Made by a program: the position numbers and the translations under genes
The notes under the pieces: generated by a model
Told to the model about the DNA's origin: nothing
Databases searched by the model: none
What the model saw: only the letters and a program-made list of their open reading frames with translations
Source: an uncultured virus (IMG/VR IMGVR_UViG_3300035520_001855)
Lineage: Duplodnaviria > Heunggongvirae > Uroviricota > Caudoviricetes
Direction: 5' to 3' (one strand)
Virus record (IMG/VR): IMGVR_UViG_3300035520_001855
Length of the DNA stretch: 64,000 nucleotides
Part shown: positions 1-9,734 of the stretch, in pieces
Numbering within the stretch: position 1 is the stretch's first letter
How the letters are laid out: each line of letters begins with the position of its first letter

Positions 1-361
1 CTATTTTAAACTTACTATTGCTATAGACAGTTTCAACCTTTTGCTCACTTGATACATCAATATCTGTTGAAGTGTTTAACAATTGTTCAATAGAGATGTC
101 AATATTTGCCTTATTGATTATAGTTAGTAAAGTATGATCAACATTAGGTTGACTTAAATAGTCTATGAGCATCTCAAGAACATGCTTACAATAAATACCG
201 TCCACATCTTGTGGTAAATTGTCAATTAACACATTTATAGATGCGAATTTCGTATCCGGTGCGTAATTTATCACACTCTTTAAATACTCATTCGTTCTTA
301 TGTCTATAGGCTCAGCAAGTATACCCTCTAAAGACTTTCTAATCTTCTTTGTGTCTATCAT
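1..361 (-). CDS. Hypothetical protein, partial (runs off window start)
   Basis: Not in ORF track. ATG at 361-359 overlaps the TGA of the NERD gene, AGGGAGG lies upstream, and the frame (MIDTKKIRKSLEGILAEP...) stays open to the window edge. Confidence 0.7.
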   Translation of the reverse strand, partial: MIDTKKIRKSLEGILAEPIDIRTNEYLKSVINYAPDTKFASINVLIDNLPQDVDGIYCKHVLEMLIDYLSQPNVDHTLLTIINKANIDISIEQLLNTSTDIDVSSEQKVETVYSNSKFKI

Positions 362-1104
362 TTTTTCTTCGCCTCCCTCTTTACATGTTCTATAAATAAA
401 GCATCTGATTCTTTATCCATTTCACTAATTATTGTTGCTAGCTTTTTTACATCCCAGACAACAGTTTTCATATTAGCAATTTTATTCAGATAATTTAGAA
501 TATTTTCAGAGCCAACTAATGGTATCATTTTCTTGAACTTCTCCTCTCTCAAATCGATCACACGTTTTATCTCATCCATGTAAAGCACAATTGAGAAAGG
601 TTTACCCTTTTTCAAGTCAACAATCGCTGGTCCTAAATAATATCTTAAATTGTCCATATGCATTAGATTTTGTTTATAAACATCTGTCACATGTCCAAAA
701 TCAGGCACTATTTTACATTCATCAATTAATTTGACTTTTCCTTTTCTATATTTACTTTCAAATAAAATAACTCTTGAAGGTGTAAACAGAGTTAAGTCTA
801 ACTCTGTTGTCTTTTCTTTTTTATGATCACGTCTTCTAAAAGTTAAGCCTTTTGACAGCACCCAAGGCAAATTTCTCTGCCGAGCGAATTCTCTAATTTG
901 TAATTCCAATAAAATTTCACAACACTCACCTCTTAAATTCATAGCCAATGAGTTAATATCAAACTCTTTAGTTTTTTTATTTGAGTCTTTTATTAAGTGA
1001 TTTATTGTATTTACAGCATAACTATATCCACTCTTATAATAAATTTGTAAGATGCGATTACGTAGATTTATCTTAAAATCAATAATTTGTTGATTTTCAT
1101 CCAA
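358..1104 (-). CDS. NERD-domain (PD-(D/E)xK) nuclease
   Basis: Motifs LRGECCE, TTELDLTLFTPSRVILFESKYRKG and YKQNLMH match the NERD pattern (GE...ID...E-x-K...QN..H). Confidence 0.75.
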   Translation of the reverse strand: MDENQQIIDFKINLRNRILQIYYKSGYSYAVNTINHLIKDSNKKTKEFDINSLAMNLRGECCEILLELQIREFARQRNLPWVLSKGLTFRRRDHKKEKTTELDLTLFTPSRVILFESKYRKGKVKLIDECKIVPDFGHVTDVYKQNLMHMDNLRYYLGPAIVDLKKGKPFSIVLYMDEIKRVIDLREEKFKKMIPLVGSENILNYLNKIANMKTVVWDVKKLATIISEMDKESDALFIEHVKREAKKK

Positions 1105-2863
1105 TCCTAATCACCTCTTCCTGCAACTTATTTATTTCAGTACTATCACCATTCTGTCTTTTAATTATTGCATCTAGTCTATTTGATGCAATGTTTAACT
1201 GTACCGAATCACTCACATATGTGCAAACAAATTCAACATTCTTGTGATTAAGAACAAATTGATTATATTTCACATTTGTGTCCAGAATAACTCTGAATAA
1301 CCCTGACTTTTCAAAATTCCAACCATTGTCGAGGGCTTGTCTAAATTTTAATAAAAAATTTTCTTTTGTGTTTTCACTTCGTAATAGATGAATCTCATAT
1401 ATACGATTCATACCATAAATTGATATGCAATATATGAATTCCTCCTGGTCCTCATATTCCAATAGAGCACCACGTATTAATGGGCGTATAGGCACATACT
1501 CTACATGTTCATTTTCATTTAGAATAATATTATTTAATACTGGTTTATATGTTGACTTATCCAACTCTCTTAGTAAATCAGCATTATCTTCTCCATAGTT
1601 ATAGCCTGCACTCCAATGCAGTTCAAGCGGTGCCCAATCATCAACTTGAATTTTTGAATATTCCTTGAACACATTAATATAAGGTATTAAAGTGTTGCGT
1701 ATACAAAAAACTGCTTCATCATGTCTGTTAAGCATTATAGTTATATGCTTGCTTGCAGGCTCATTAAAAACAGTTCTGCAGATGTGTTCAAATTCCCTAA
1801 AAAGATTCACTGCGAATAACTGCATAACATCAGCTGATGTTGCTTGTATTGGAGCATTTAAACAAGCTCTCACCTCATCTTTTTCTTCAGACAATTTGAT
1901 TATTTCTCTGCCAAAGTATGTGCGGACACTAAAACCTAATCGTGAATTTACATTTTGTTTTATAATATCTTTGTACTTTATATATTGTTCGTTAGTTGTT
2001 ATATAACTATATAAGTTCTTTGCTAAGTCTTGATTCAGCTCCTTTAAAGTCATATAAGATGCCCCATAAAATACAGATAATATCTTTTGTTTGTATTTAG
2101 GTCTTTCCTCTAAGAAAAGTTTCTCATTGAAGTCCTGTCCGGCATGATCTGCTGCTGTCATTGCCACAGCTTGATAATAATCACCACATTCATCTACATA
2201 TTTTCTAAGTTCAGTATCATTACTGTAGAACATATTGTACATTACACGTAAATCTATCTGACTAAAATCTGCCCACAATAAAAAATGATCTTTTGGTGCT
2301 GCTATTATTTCCTTATACTTATTTGGTAGATTTTGAAAACTATAGTCAGATGTGTAAATTCTTGATGTTGCTGCTTTGCTATAACGAAATGGCACTACAC
2401 CTAGAGGTGTGTCATAATTTGTTTTTACTCCAGTATCGTGTGTGAAATATCTACACGGTGATGCTTTAGAATAGATTGATTTTGTTTCCATGTAATGTTC
2501 TAGCATTTCCATGAACATTACACAGTAATTATTATCAACAACTCTTTTTCTTACATCTGCATCAAATGAATAAATAAGACCATTTTTTCCTTCTTTTAGA
2601 AAAACGTCTTCTGGTACACCTTCTGAATGTATTAAAAATGGGATAAGTTCACTTTTTGTGATTTCTGTAATTGGTGAATTTTGTGTCATTAGAATATATC
2701 GCCTAATCATTTTAGCCATACCACTTACAATCGCCTCGTCTGAATGAATTAAATAATCTAACCTATTTATATCAATAAATACATGTGGTTCGTTTGTCAT
2801 CATTGTCATATATTCCAAGTCAATTGCATTTATATCCACACTCTTACTATTTATCTTCAACAT
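1097..2863 (-). CDS. Family A DNA polymerase lacking a 3'-5' exonuclease domain
   Basis: Motifs SRIYTSDYSFQNLP, motif A WADFSQIDLR, motif B RPKYK...FYG, NAPIQATSAD and motif C NRHDEAVF. Start moved to ATG 2863, which has AAGGAGGTG upstream. Confidence 0.9.
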   Translation of the reverse strand: MLKINSKSVDINAIDLEYMTMMTNEPHVFIDINRLDYLIHSDEAIVSGMAKMIRRYILMTQNSPITEITKSELIPFLIHSEGVPEDVFLKEGKNGLIYSFDADVRKRVVDNNYCVMFMEMLEHYMETKSIYSKASPCRYFTHDTGVKTNYDTPLGVVPFRYSKAATSRIYTSDYSFQNLPNKYKEIIAAPKDHFLLWADFSQIDLRVMYNMFYSNDTELRKYVDECGDYYQAVAMTAADHAGQDFNEKLFLEERPKYKQKILSVFYGASYMTLKELNQDLAKNLYSYITTNEQYIKYKDIIKQNVNSRLGFSVRTYFGREIIKLSEEKDEVRACLNAPIQATSADVMQLFAVNLFREFEHICRTVFNEPASKHITIMLNRHDEAVFCIRNTLIPYINVFKEYSKIQVDDWAPLELHWSAGYNYGEDNADLLRELDKSTYKPVLNNIILNENEHVEYVPIRPLIRGALLEYEDQEEFIYCISIYGMNRIYEIHLLRSENTKENFLLKFRQALDNGWNFEKSGLFRVILDTNVKYNQFVLNHKNVEFVCTYVSDSVQLNIASNRLDAIIKRQNGDSTEINKLQEEVIRIG

Positions 2864-3527
2864 CCTTATCCACCTCCTTAATCTTAAAAGCAAATGAGGA
2901 TTCTCTCGCCAATTTTCTCATTTGATTTAAGTATCCTTGTACATTTGGAGTTTCATAATTTGGTGCTACTTCAAGAATAATAAAATCACGCTCTCTACGA
3001 ATTTTTCGTTGCAAAGTGGTTTTTATTATTATCATTTTTTCAATGATCCTATTACTTATTGAATTAAAAAGTTCAATATAGATATAATCATCATTAGTAA
3101 ACTTGTTAAATTTAAATATTCCTTTATTGTCTTTATATAAAACAGTTAATGATGTAGTATCAAAGTACTTACTAAATTCTGACAATAAGAAACTGTAGAA
3201 TTCTGCTCTATCATCAATGGTTGAATAGCACTTACCTACATCATTACAAGAAATACTTGATCGATTAAAATGGATAAAATCAGCCCAACTAAAATTTGTT
3301 ATTTCCTCTGATGTATACCCAAGTTTTTCCTTCAAGTGTTCAATAAAAGGTACCGAACTTTTACTGAATCTTATCTTTTTATCATCTAAAAATATATTTA
3401 CAGCTTCGGTGCTGTAAAATATTGAATTTTCAACTTTAATATCACCATGCAATGTTACAGTGAATGATGATTCTGTTAATCTTGCTAATTTTTTCAAAAG
3501 AAGAAGTTCTTGCTTATACAGTTTCAT
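2847..3527 (-). CDS. Hypothetical protein (possible highly decayed PolA-like remnant)
   Basis: Overlaps both neighbours. Weak resemblance of ELLLLKKLARL and RERDFIILEV to PolA pre-thumb and motif C regions. Confidence 0.6.
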   Translation of the reverse strand: MKLYKQELLLLKKLARLTESSFTVTLHGDIKVENSIFYSTEAVNIFLDDKKIRFSKSSVPFIEHLKEKLGYTSEEITNFSWADFIHFNRSSISCNDVGKCYSTIDDRAEFYSFLLSEFSKYFDTTSLTVLYKDNKGIFKFNKFTNDDYIYIELFNSISNRIIEKMIIIKTTLQRKIRRERDFIILEVAPNYETPNVQGYLNQMRKLARESSFAFKIKEVDKDVEDK

Positions 3528-3975
3528 TTTGAACTCCCCTCTCCAAGTAAAAACTTATAGTATTTGAGCGTTCTAAAACTGCTTGCTTGGTTTCTTTGTA
3601 GTAACCTTTGCTATTTGTATATGTTACAGCTATTGCTAAATTATTATAAGTTCTTAGTATATTTCCTGTGTGTAAATATCTATTGTTTTGTCGATATGAC
3701 AAATCAACAACACCACAAACTACTATTGAGTTATCTCGTATAATTAAATATTTCTGTGTGTCTGAAAAAATATTGTAACCATTATAAACTGCTTTATTAA
3801 AAGCTCTCGCATCACTAAAATACTTCAGACTATACTGTTTATTAATGTCTATAAAATCCAGTAAATCGTTGAAAATTTTTTCATCTAAAATAATTCCGAG
3901 ATTCTCGTTAATAGCTGAATACAAGTGATGCATCTTATCCATACTCTTGATGTCTCTAAACTTACTGTCCAACAT
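3514..3975 (-). CDS. Hypothetical protein
   Basis: 153-aa ORF with AAGGAGG RBS; no recognisable motif. Confidence 0.7.
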   Translation of the reverse strand: MLDSKFRDIKSMDKMHHLYSAINENLGIILDEKIFNDLLDFIDINKQYSLKYFSDARAFNKAVYNGYNIFSDTQKYLIIRDNSIVVCGVVDLSYRQNNRYLHTGNILRTYNNLAIAVTYTNSKGYYKETKQAVLERSNTISFYLERGVQNETV

Positions 3976-3990
3976 ATTCTGAACCTCCTT

Positions 3991-4020
3991 AAAAAAATGG
4001 AGGGTGACAAGTCACCCTCC
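3991..4020 (-). terminator. Intrinsic terminator after the 231-aa gene
   Basis: Inverted repeat ggagggtgac/gtcaccctcc (3999-4020) followed on the minus strand by A then T7. Confidence 0.85.
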
Positions 4021-4042
4021 TAATAATTATGCACAACTAAAA

Positions 4043-4738
4043 TTATGCAAGATCAGCATCAAGGTTAGCAATCTTCGCCTTTGTTGCTGCACCAGCCTCA
4101 GAGAAAGCACCAGCCTGAGAAGTAAGCTTTGCAGCTGCCTCATCAATGTCGATACCCATCTTCTTAAGCTCGGTAAGTTCACTCTGTACAAGCTCTGCAA
4201 GAGCGTTTGTGAGGGACTCAAGACCTCTACCGAGATTCTGATATACGGAAGCACAATCCTCAGTAGCGAACTCTGTAGCTGCCTTCTTGATATCCATAAT
4301 AAGATTATATCTGTTGTCAGAAACCTCATTAAGAGACTTATTAAGACCTGCTACTGTTTCATCTGTAATTGTCTGATGAAGACCATCTGGGTTCTCATTC
4401 TCAAGAGCTGGAACTGCGGTAGTCTCTGCAGATACGGTGCGAACCTTTGCCTTACACTCCTCAAAAGCTGCCTTTGCCTGTGGACCTGAACCATACTGGT
4501 CACCCCAAGTATCACAGAAATTAGACATTGTTGTAGCCATCTCATCAAAAAGACCATCAGCCTTCTTTGAACCCTCAAATACTGCCTTAGCAATATTTGT
4601 TGTAAGAGGGTAATTAATAACATCTACAGCTGTGCCAAGCTTTCTGTTTGATTCAGATGACTCTGACTTGTACTTGAGAACTGAATCGACAATAGCGCTA
4701 AAGCCCTCAATCTTGTTAATTGAACTAATTGAACTCAT
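4043..4738 (-). CDS. Alanine-rich helical protein, WXG100/ESAT-6-like tandem hairpin candidate
   Basis: Amphipathic helical composition, TWGDQYGSGPQAKAAFEE turn, strong RBS, own terminator, visibly higher GC and codon bias; directly downstream of the FtsK/EssC-like ATPase. Confidence 0.5.
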   Translation of the reverse strand: MSSISSINKIEGFSAIVDSVLKYKSESSESNRKLGTAVDVINYPLTTNIAKAVFEGSKKADGLFDEMATTMSNFCDTWGDQYGSGPQAKAAFEECKAKVRTVSAETTAVPALENENPDGLHQTITDETVAGLNKSLNEVSDNRYNLIMDIKKAATEFATEDCASVYQNLGRGLESLTNALAELVQSELTELKKMGIDIDEAAAKLTSQAGAFSEAGAATKAKIANLDADLA

Positions 4739-4849
4739 TTCAATTTCCTCCCTTAATTTTAAATTTTATTAGTATTTACTTGTACCATTAGTACACTACT
4801 GTATGTGTAATATCTAATGATTTATATAAGAACACTCACCTCGGTAAAT

Positions 4850-7129
4850 TTACACTTTCAAGTACTTTTTAAAGTAAAAAGTACTATCTAGACTACCTTG
4901 GTATTCTGTGTACTTACAACATATACCTGAAGTATCGGAGAATTCTACTGCACCTTGCATTTCCAGATACTGTGATGGTCTGACAGTTAGTATGTGTTTA
5001 CATGCTGTCAATGTTTGCCTGCAATCTTTTGGTGCATCAAAAACTAAAATGAATGCTACTCCTACTAATGGACCATTTGCTAGAAGTTCATTAAATTCAG
5101 GAATTATTGAATCTCGTTTTGTTATACCATCATTCAGGTTTGGTGCAAACATCCAAAAGACTGTGAGAGCAAAGTCATTACTCTTTAAGTATTTTCCTGA
5201 TGCTTTGCTTTGTGTTTTTTCAAAAAATTTAGCTTTGTTTACTAAGTCAACTGCAAGGTTAACTTTGTTTATCAACAGATTATAACTATCTTCAACTCCA
5301 AGATTCTTAACTTCATCAACAGTTGTGAAATCACATATTTTTTCTAAAATATCCATATTTGGCTCTGGTATTTGATATAAAAATTCTTGAATGATAGCAT
5401 CTCCTGTTGTTGAAGCTAAAAATGCCATAAAGTCCCACACACTTGGTTCAAGATTGTCACCTTCACATTTTAAATTATATTTAAGAACTTGTACTCTTAA
5501 TCTCACAGCTGTTAAATACTTTCCAACTTCAAAATTACCTGTTAAATCCTTTGCATAATTATCTATGTAATCCGGCTCGAATAGCTCTGTATTATCTATG
5601 ATCATTCTGTGAACCGCTCTCACATTTGGATGTGCTCTGAAATTATCACCAACTAGATGGCATAAATACTTTATATCATCTATTTCAGTAGCATTTACAA
5701 ATAAGTTTGAGTTACGACCAGCATCCCAAATGAAGTATTCTTTAGTTGAACCACTATCAGAATAACGTGTACCATCACCAAGTAAGAATGGCATTATGGC
5801 ATTGATATTCTTCTTTTTTATAACTTTATCGGCTTTCTTTGTTATAACTGCCAGATCCTTGCTAAATTCTTTTACATTTGTTTGTGTGGTCTCATTGAAA
5901 GATGTGGGTGCCTCTGATATTTCTAAATCGTCTGCAGTATTTCTTACACGTTTTAAAATGTTCTGAAAATCTTGTTTCTGCTGGTCTGTCTTGTCATCGA
6001 TGAAAGCAACCTTGTATTCAATGTTGTTTGCTTTATCACCTGTTGCTCTATTTTGATTGACAATACAGTAGCCTATTTTCTTTGTGAGCTGGACTGCTGC
6101 ATCATTACCTATAATTGATTCGCTATTGTCAGTATTTGCACCAACACAAATACCAACCTTAAACTGTCCTAAAGTTGAACCAGGTAAAGCTCCACTAAAG
6201 TTCTGTGTTGTGAGAATTAAATGGTACCCGATAGCACGTCCGAGTTTTGCAATAGACTGAACATAACCTTCAGCTTGTGTACGTTCTCGTGCAGTTGCAT
6301 TCTCCGGTAACTGTGAATACTCATCAGTCACACAAAGAACTCTAGGTATGTACAAATCTAAATAGTTACGAAGACCCTCTAATGTATTTGCACCTGTTGT
6401 TGCTGCTATTGTATACAACTTTTTCATTTCTTCATCCATGAATTTTAATACAGAAATAAGATACGTTGAAGATCCTGTTATTGCTATGTTTCTTATTTGA
6501 GGGCACTTAAAATTCATATTATATCTTGCATATTCAAGCATCTTCATATCATTCATAAATAACTGTAATTCCCAAGGTGGGTACTCTGTCAATAATGCTG
6601 TTAACATAGCATTCATTACAACTGATTTACCTTCACCTGTATTACCACCTGCTAATGCATGAACTTGATTACCACCTAATTTAAATGGATAATTTTTGGA
6701 CCTGTCATTATTAACAAAACCAATTCGCAAATTTATACCCTTTAAAGTATCTCCCCACCAAATTGGTAATGGCTCATTAATAGTTAAAATCTGTTTTGGT
6801 TTTACAGCGTCCCTAATCATATCTCTCGTTGTTGCATCTTTTTCATCATCTGGTAAATCCGATGCTCTGACTTTCTTTATTTCTGAGTCAATTTTATTTA
6901 ATGCTTTTAAGATATCTTTAACTGGTGGTGCAACTCGTATTGTTCTAGGATAAGGCTTCTTATACAGTTTATTTGTACCCTGAAAATCCGAATTATCCAA
7001 CTGTCCGTTACGCATTAATTCTGATATAAAGTAAGTCAAATCCAGAGTTTTATCCAGATTTGACTTATATTGTTTAGACGCTAATATTGCAAGATTACGT
7101 ATAGCACTTCTATCGTATTCTATAAGCAA
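4850..7129 (-). CDS. FtsK/SpoIIIE-family ATPase, EssC/EccC-like
   Basis: HALAGGNTGEGKS (Walker A), PWELQLFMNDMK, VLCVTDEYSQL (Walker B), KLGRAIGYHLILTTQ. The C-terminal half looks like a second, degenerate ATPase domain (ELLANGPLVGVAFIL). Confidence 0.85.
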   Translation of the reverse strand: MLIEYDRSAIRNLAILASKQYKSNLDKTLDLTYFISELMRNGQLDNSDFQGTNKLYKKPYPRTIRVAPPVKDILKALNKIDSEIKKVRASDLPDDEKDATTRDMIRDAVKPKQILTINEPLPIWWGDTLKGINLRIGFVNNDRSKNYPFKLGGNQVHALAGGNTGEGKSVVMNAMLTALLTEYPPWELQLFMNDMKMLEYARYNMNFKCPQIRNIAITGSSTYLISVLKFMDEEMKKLYTIAATTGANTLEGLRNYLDLYIPRVLCVTDEYSQLPENATARERTQAEGYVQSIAKLGRAIGYHLILTTQNFSGALPGSTLGQFKVGICVGANTDNSESIIGNDAAVQLTKKIGYCIVNQNRATGDKANNIEYKVAFIDDKTDQQKQDFQNILKRVRNTADDLEISEAPTSFNETTQTNVKEFSKDLAVITKKADKVIKKKNINAIMPFLLGDGTRYSDSGSTKEYFIWDAGRNSNLFVNATEIDDIKYLCHLVGDNFRAHPNVRAVHRMIIDNTELFEPDYIDNYAKDLTGNFEVGKYLTAVRLRVQVLKYNLKCEGDNLEPSVWDFMAFLASTTGDAIIQEFLYQIPEPNMDILEKICDFTTVDEVKNLGVEDSYNLLINKVNLAVDLVNKAKFFEKTQSKASGKYLKSNDFALTVFWMFAPNLNDGITKRDSIIPEFNELLANGPLVGVAFILVFDAPKDCRQTLTACKHILTVRPSQYLEMQGAVEFSDTSGICCKYTEYQGSLDSTFYFKKYLKV

Positions 7130-7131
7130 TA

Positions 7132-9720
7132 TTATTTACCTCCTTGTGTTTGTTGTGCAGTGAATTTATATATAAGTCTAATATCATCAGATTTATAGAT
7201 ATTTTTAAATTCACTTAAAATATGCTGTCTTGTCTCATCTGATATCTTTATACCAAGATCAGGTTTTAACAAGAATATGCACACATTTTTAGTAGCGAGG
7301 TGCTGTGATGCCTTTTTAGGTATTGAATTTACATCTATACCTTCAGGATTTCTCACCACAAGTTCATTATCATTAGTCACAAATAACCATAAATGATTTA
7401 TCCTCAAAACCATCTTATAGGTTTCTTTATTCTCAAATAAACTTGTAGTAGTTGTACTATCTGCAGTTGCAGGTTTTTCTTCTTTTATCTTGAACACACC
7501 AAGAGAATCAGCAAATAGGTTTAAAGAGTCCTCTAAAGAAATTGATTCACCTGTATCCACCGACATATCAAAACACTTCTTAAAATAATTGAATAATGTC
7601 TTAGCTACAAATATATGAACCATAGCTGTTTCAGTATCTCTCAGTAGACCACCTAAATTTACTTCGTTGTATACAACCATTTCATTAAGAACCTCACAAA
7701 TATTACAACTATTCAGTTGCTCCTTTGTAGGTAACTCTGGTATACCTTTTACACCCTTTTCATTCAGGAGTTTAAATAGATTTAGATAATCATTGTTGTA
7801 ATAATATCGTGTTACTTTCCTTGTATCATAATTACCAGCAATATCAACTACATCTTTCACAACTTTTTCGACTTTCATTGTGACCGTGTCAGTAATTAAA
7901 TTACCTTCATCATCATATGTTTTATTTTCAACATTTACATCAATAAGATAATCTTCATCTACTTTAAACTTATTGTCCTCTAAAGTTATGCCATTTACTT
8001 TCAGATTACCTTTAACAAATCTTTTTATTAAAGTGTAGCTATCAACAAAGATGTATCTATTCTGTACCTCTTCTACATCGTTTGTCTTCACTTTCATTGT
8101 CTGTGAGAGAATTACACCAAATGGCACTCTAATTAAATCATCAATAAGTTGAATACCATTTTTACCTGCCAAATTTTCTATTTCAGGACTTCTGTTTACT
8201 GTCAGATCTTCTCTAGATGAGTATATAACGCCAACCAAATTTGGTGTGTCTGTTACTTCAACCTTGTTTAAAGTTTCATCATAGTTGACACGTAAGGTTG
8301 CTAAATCTAGGCTTTCTGTTGCAATACTAAATCCCTTGGATTTTTCAAAATTAAGTATGAGCTTGTTTGGTTTTCTATCTCCCCATCTTAAAAGTTTTAC
8401 TATAATTTCTGAATAAGCATACACAGAGCATTTGTTAGTTGTAACAAACTTATCAATCGTTTCAATAACATCCATAGCAGTTAAAGTTTGACTCTCCGCT
8501 TCATTATTTGGATCTATACTGAAAGTATGTATACCTGTAACTGTCTCTGCTGCACCCTCTGAAGCAAAATCAGAATTCGAATCTGCATCTGAATCAAAAT
8601 CATTGTCTATTGCGTTAAACATTTCAAGTGGAACATATGACTTAAATCTCCAGTTAATGTTTAATGCAAGATAGATGAATGCATCAAGAATAACTTTTAA
8701 CTGCATCTTAGAATCAATCAAACAAGCTTTCTTAAATGTTTCAATTGACACCTGACTATCTGTGTTCACACCTTTATTATAGGTACTAACACATTCTGGC
8801 ATAAGCTCATCTATAATTTCATTCAGCCTGTTATAGAATTTTTCTTCATTATCCTGCAGACCCAAATAATTATTATCCTCTGTACCAAAAATGTACTTCT
8901 TAGGAAAATCATCTAAAATACCATTAACTATCTCCCCACTATCCTTGTCATAATGTCTAAGATAATTTTCAGCATCTATGTTATTTGCTGGCATGTTAAA
9001 TGGGCGTATATAAGTCTCCAACATAAATACATCATTGAAAAACTTCTGGTGAAGGTAATCGTACATCTCTGAGTTACTTGTATTTAAGTAATCATACTCC
9101 GGTATTGCTAAATTCAATTCTGAATCACAACTTTTCATTATTAATGATACATTTGCTGATTCTCTTTCTACAGTATAATTAACAAATTCACCATTTGTGT
9201 TTGCATTGTAATCATTGAGTTCCTCTAAAGCATAAGTATGTTCTGCAACAATATTGTAATAAAAGGTATTTGCTGCTATTGATACAAGAACTGTTTGGGA
9301 TTCTTTAAGAAAGATTTTAAATTCCTCAATACTTGATTTTATATCGGCAAACTCCTCAATATTATCTGCAAGTAACTGTAAAAGAACTAACATTCTTTCT
9401 TCATCATCATTTAGACAAAGATTTTGCAGTGAAAATTCATCTTCCAAAGCGATAAGGTAATCATCATAGTCATTGGAACTTAAGTTCTTTGCAACACTTG
9501 GGACCACAAAGTTTGTTCCGTTTGTCTCACTAAATAAATCATACTTCACAGCTACATGCTTGTTAAAATCCAATTTACTTTGCAGTTTGGTATCTGTTAA
9601 AATTTGTCCTAAACTATAGAACACAATTTTTCCCTTTTCATTTGCCTCAACAGCTCCACAGATAAATGATTCCTCCGTGTAACCCAAAGGTGTAGAACCC
9701 TTTGTAATAAAATAATACAT
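7132..9720 (-). CDS. Large acidic hypothetical protein (862 aa)
   Basis: Long ORF with AGGAG RBS, located between two FtsK-like genes; no recognisable motif. Confidence 0.8.
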   Translation of the reverse strand: MYYFITKGSTPLGYTEESFICGAVEANEKGKIVFYSLGQILTDTKLQSKLDFNKHVAVKYDLFSETNGTNFVVPSVAKNLSSNDYDDYLIALEDEFSLQNLCLNDDEERMLVLLQLLADNIEEFADIKSSIEEFKIFLKESQTVLVSIAANTFYYNIVAEHTYALEELNDYNANTNGEFVNYTVERESANVSLIMKSCDSELNLAIPEYDYLNTSNSEMYDYLHQKFFNDVFMLETYIRPFNMPANNIDAENYLRHYDKDSGEIVNGILDDFPKKYIFGTEDNNYLGLQDNEEKFYNRLNEIIDELMPECVSTYNKGVNTDSQVSIETFKKACLIDSKMQLKVILDAFIYLALNINWRFKSYVPLEMFNAIDNDFDSDADSNSDFASEGAAETVTGIHTFSIDPNNEAESQTLTAMDVIETIDKFVTTNKCSVYAYSEIIVKLLRWGDRKPNKLILNFEKSKGFSIATESLDLATLRVNYDETLNKVEVTDTPNLVGVIYSSREDLTVNRSPEIENLAGKNGIQLIDDLIRVPFGVILSQTMKVKTNDVEEVQNRYIFVDSYTLIKRFVKGNLKVNGITLEDNKFKVDEDYLIDVNVENKTYDDEGNLITDTVTMKVEKVVKDVVDIAGNYDTRKVTRYYYNNDYLNLFKLLNEKGVKGIPELPTKEQLNSCNICEVLNEMVVYNEVNLGGLLRDTETAMVHIFVAKTLFNYFKKCFDMSVDTGESISLEDSLNLFADSLGVFKIKEEKPATADSTTTTSLFENKETYKMVLRINHLWLFVTNDNELVVRNPEGIDVNSIPKKASQHLATKNVCIFLLKPDLGIKISDETRQHILSEFKNIYKSDDIRLIYKFTAQQTQGGK

Positions 9721-9734
9721 CTGTAATCTCCTTT

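Noticed and set aside
4027..4623. Alternative-frame minus ORFs 4027-4329 and 4351-4623 (also 62661-62912)
   Set aside because: They overlap or nest in stronger genes; open frames are explained by codon bias.
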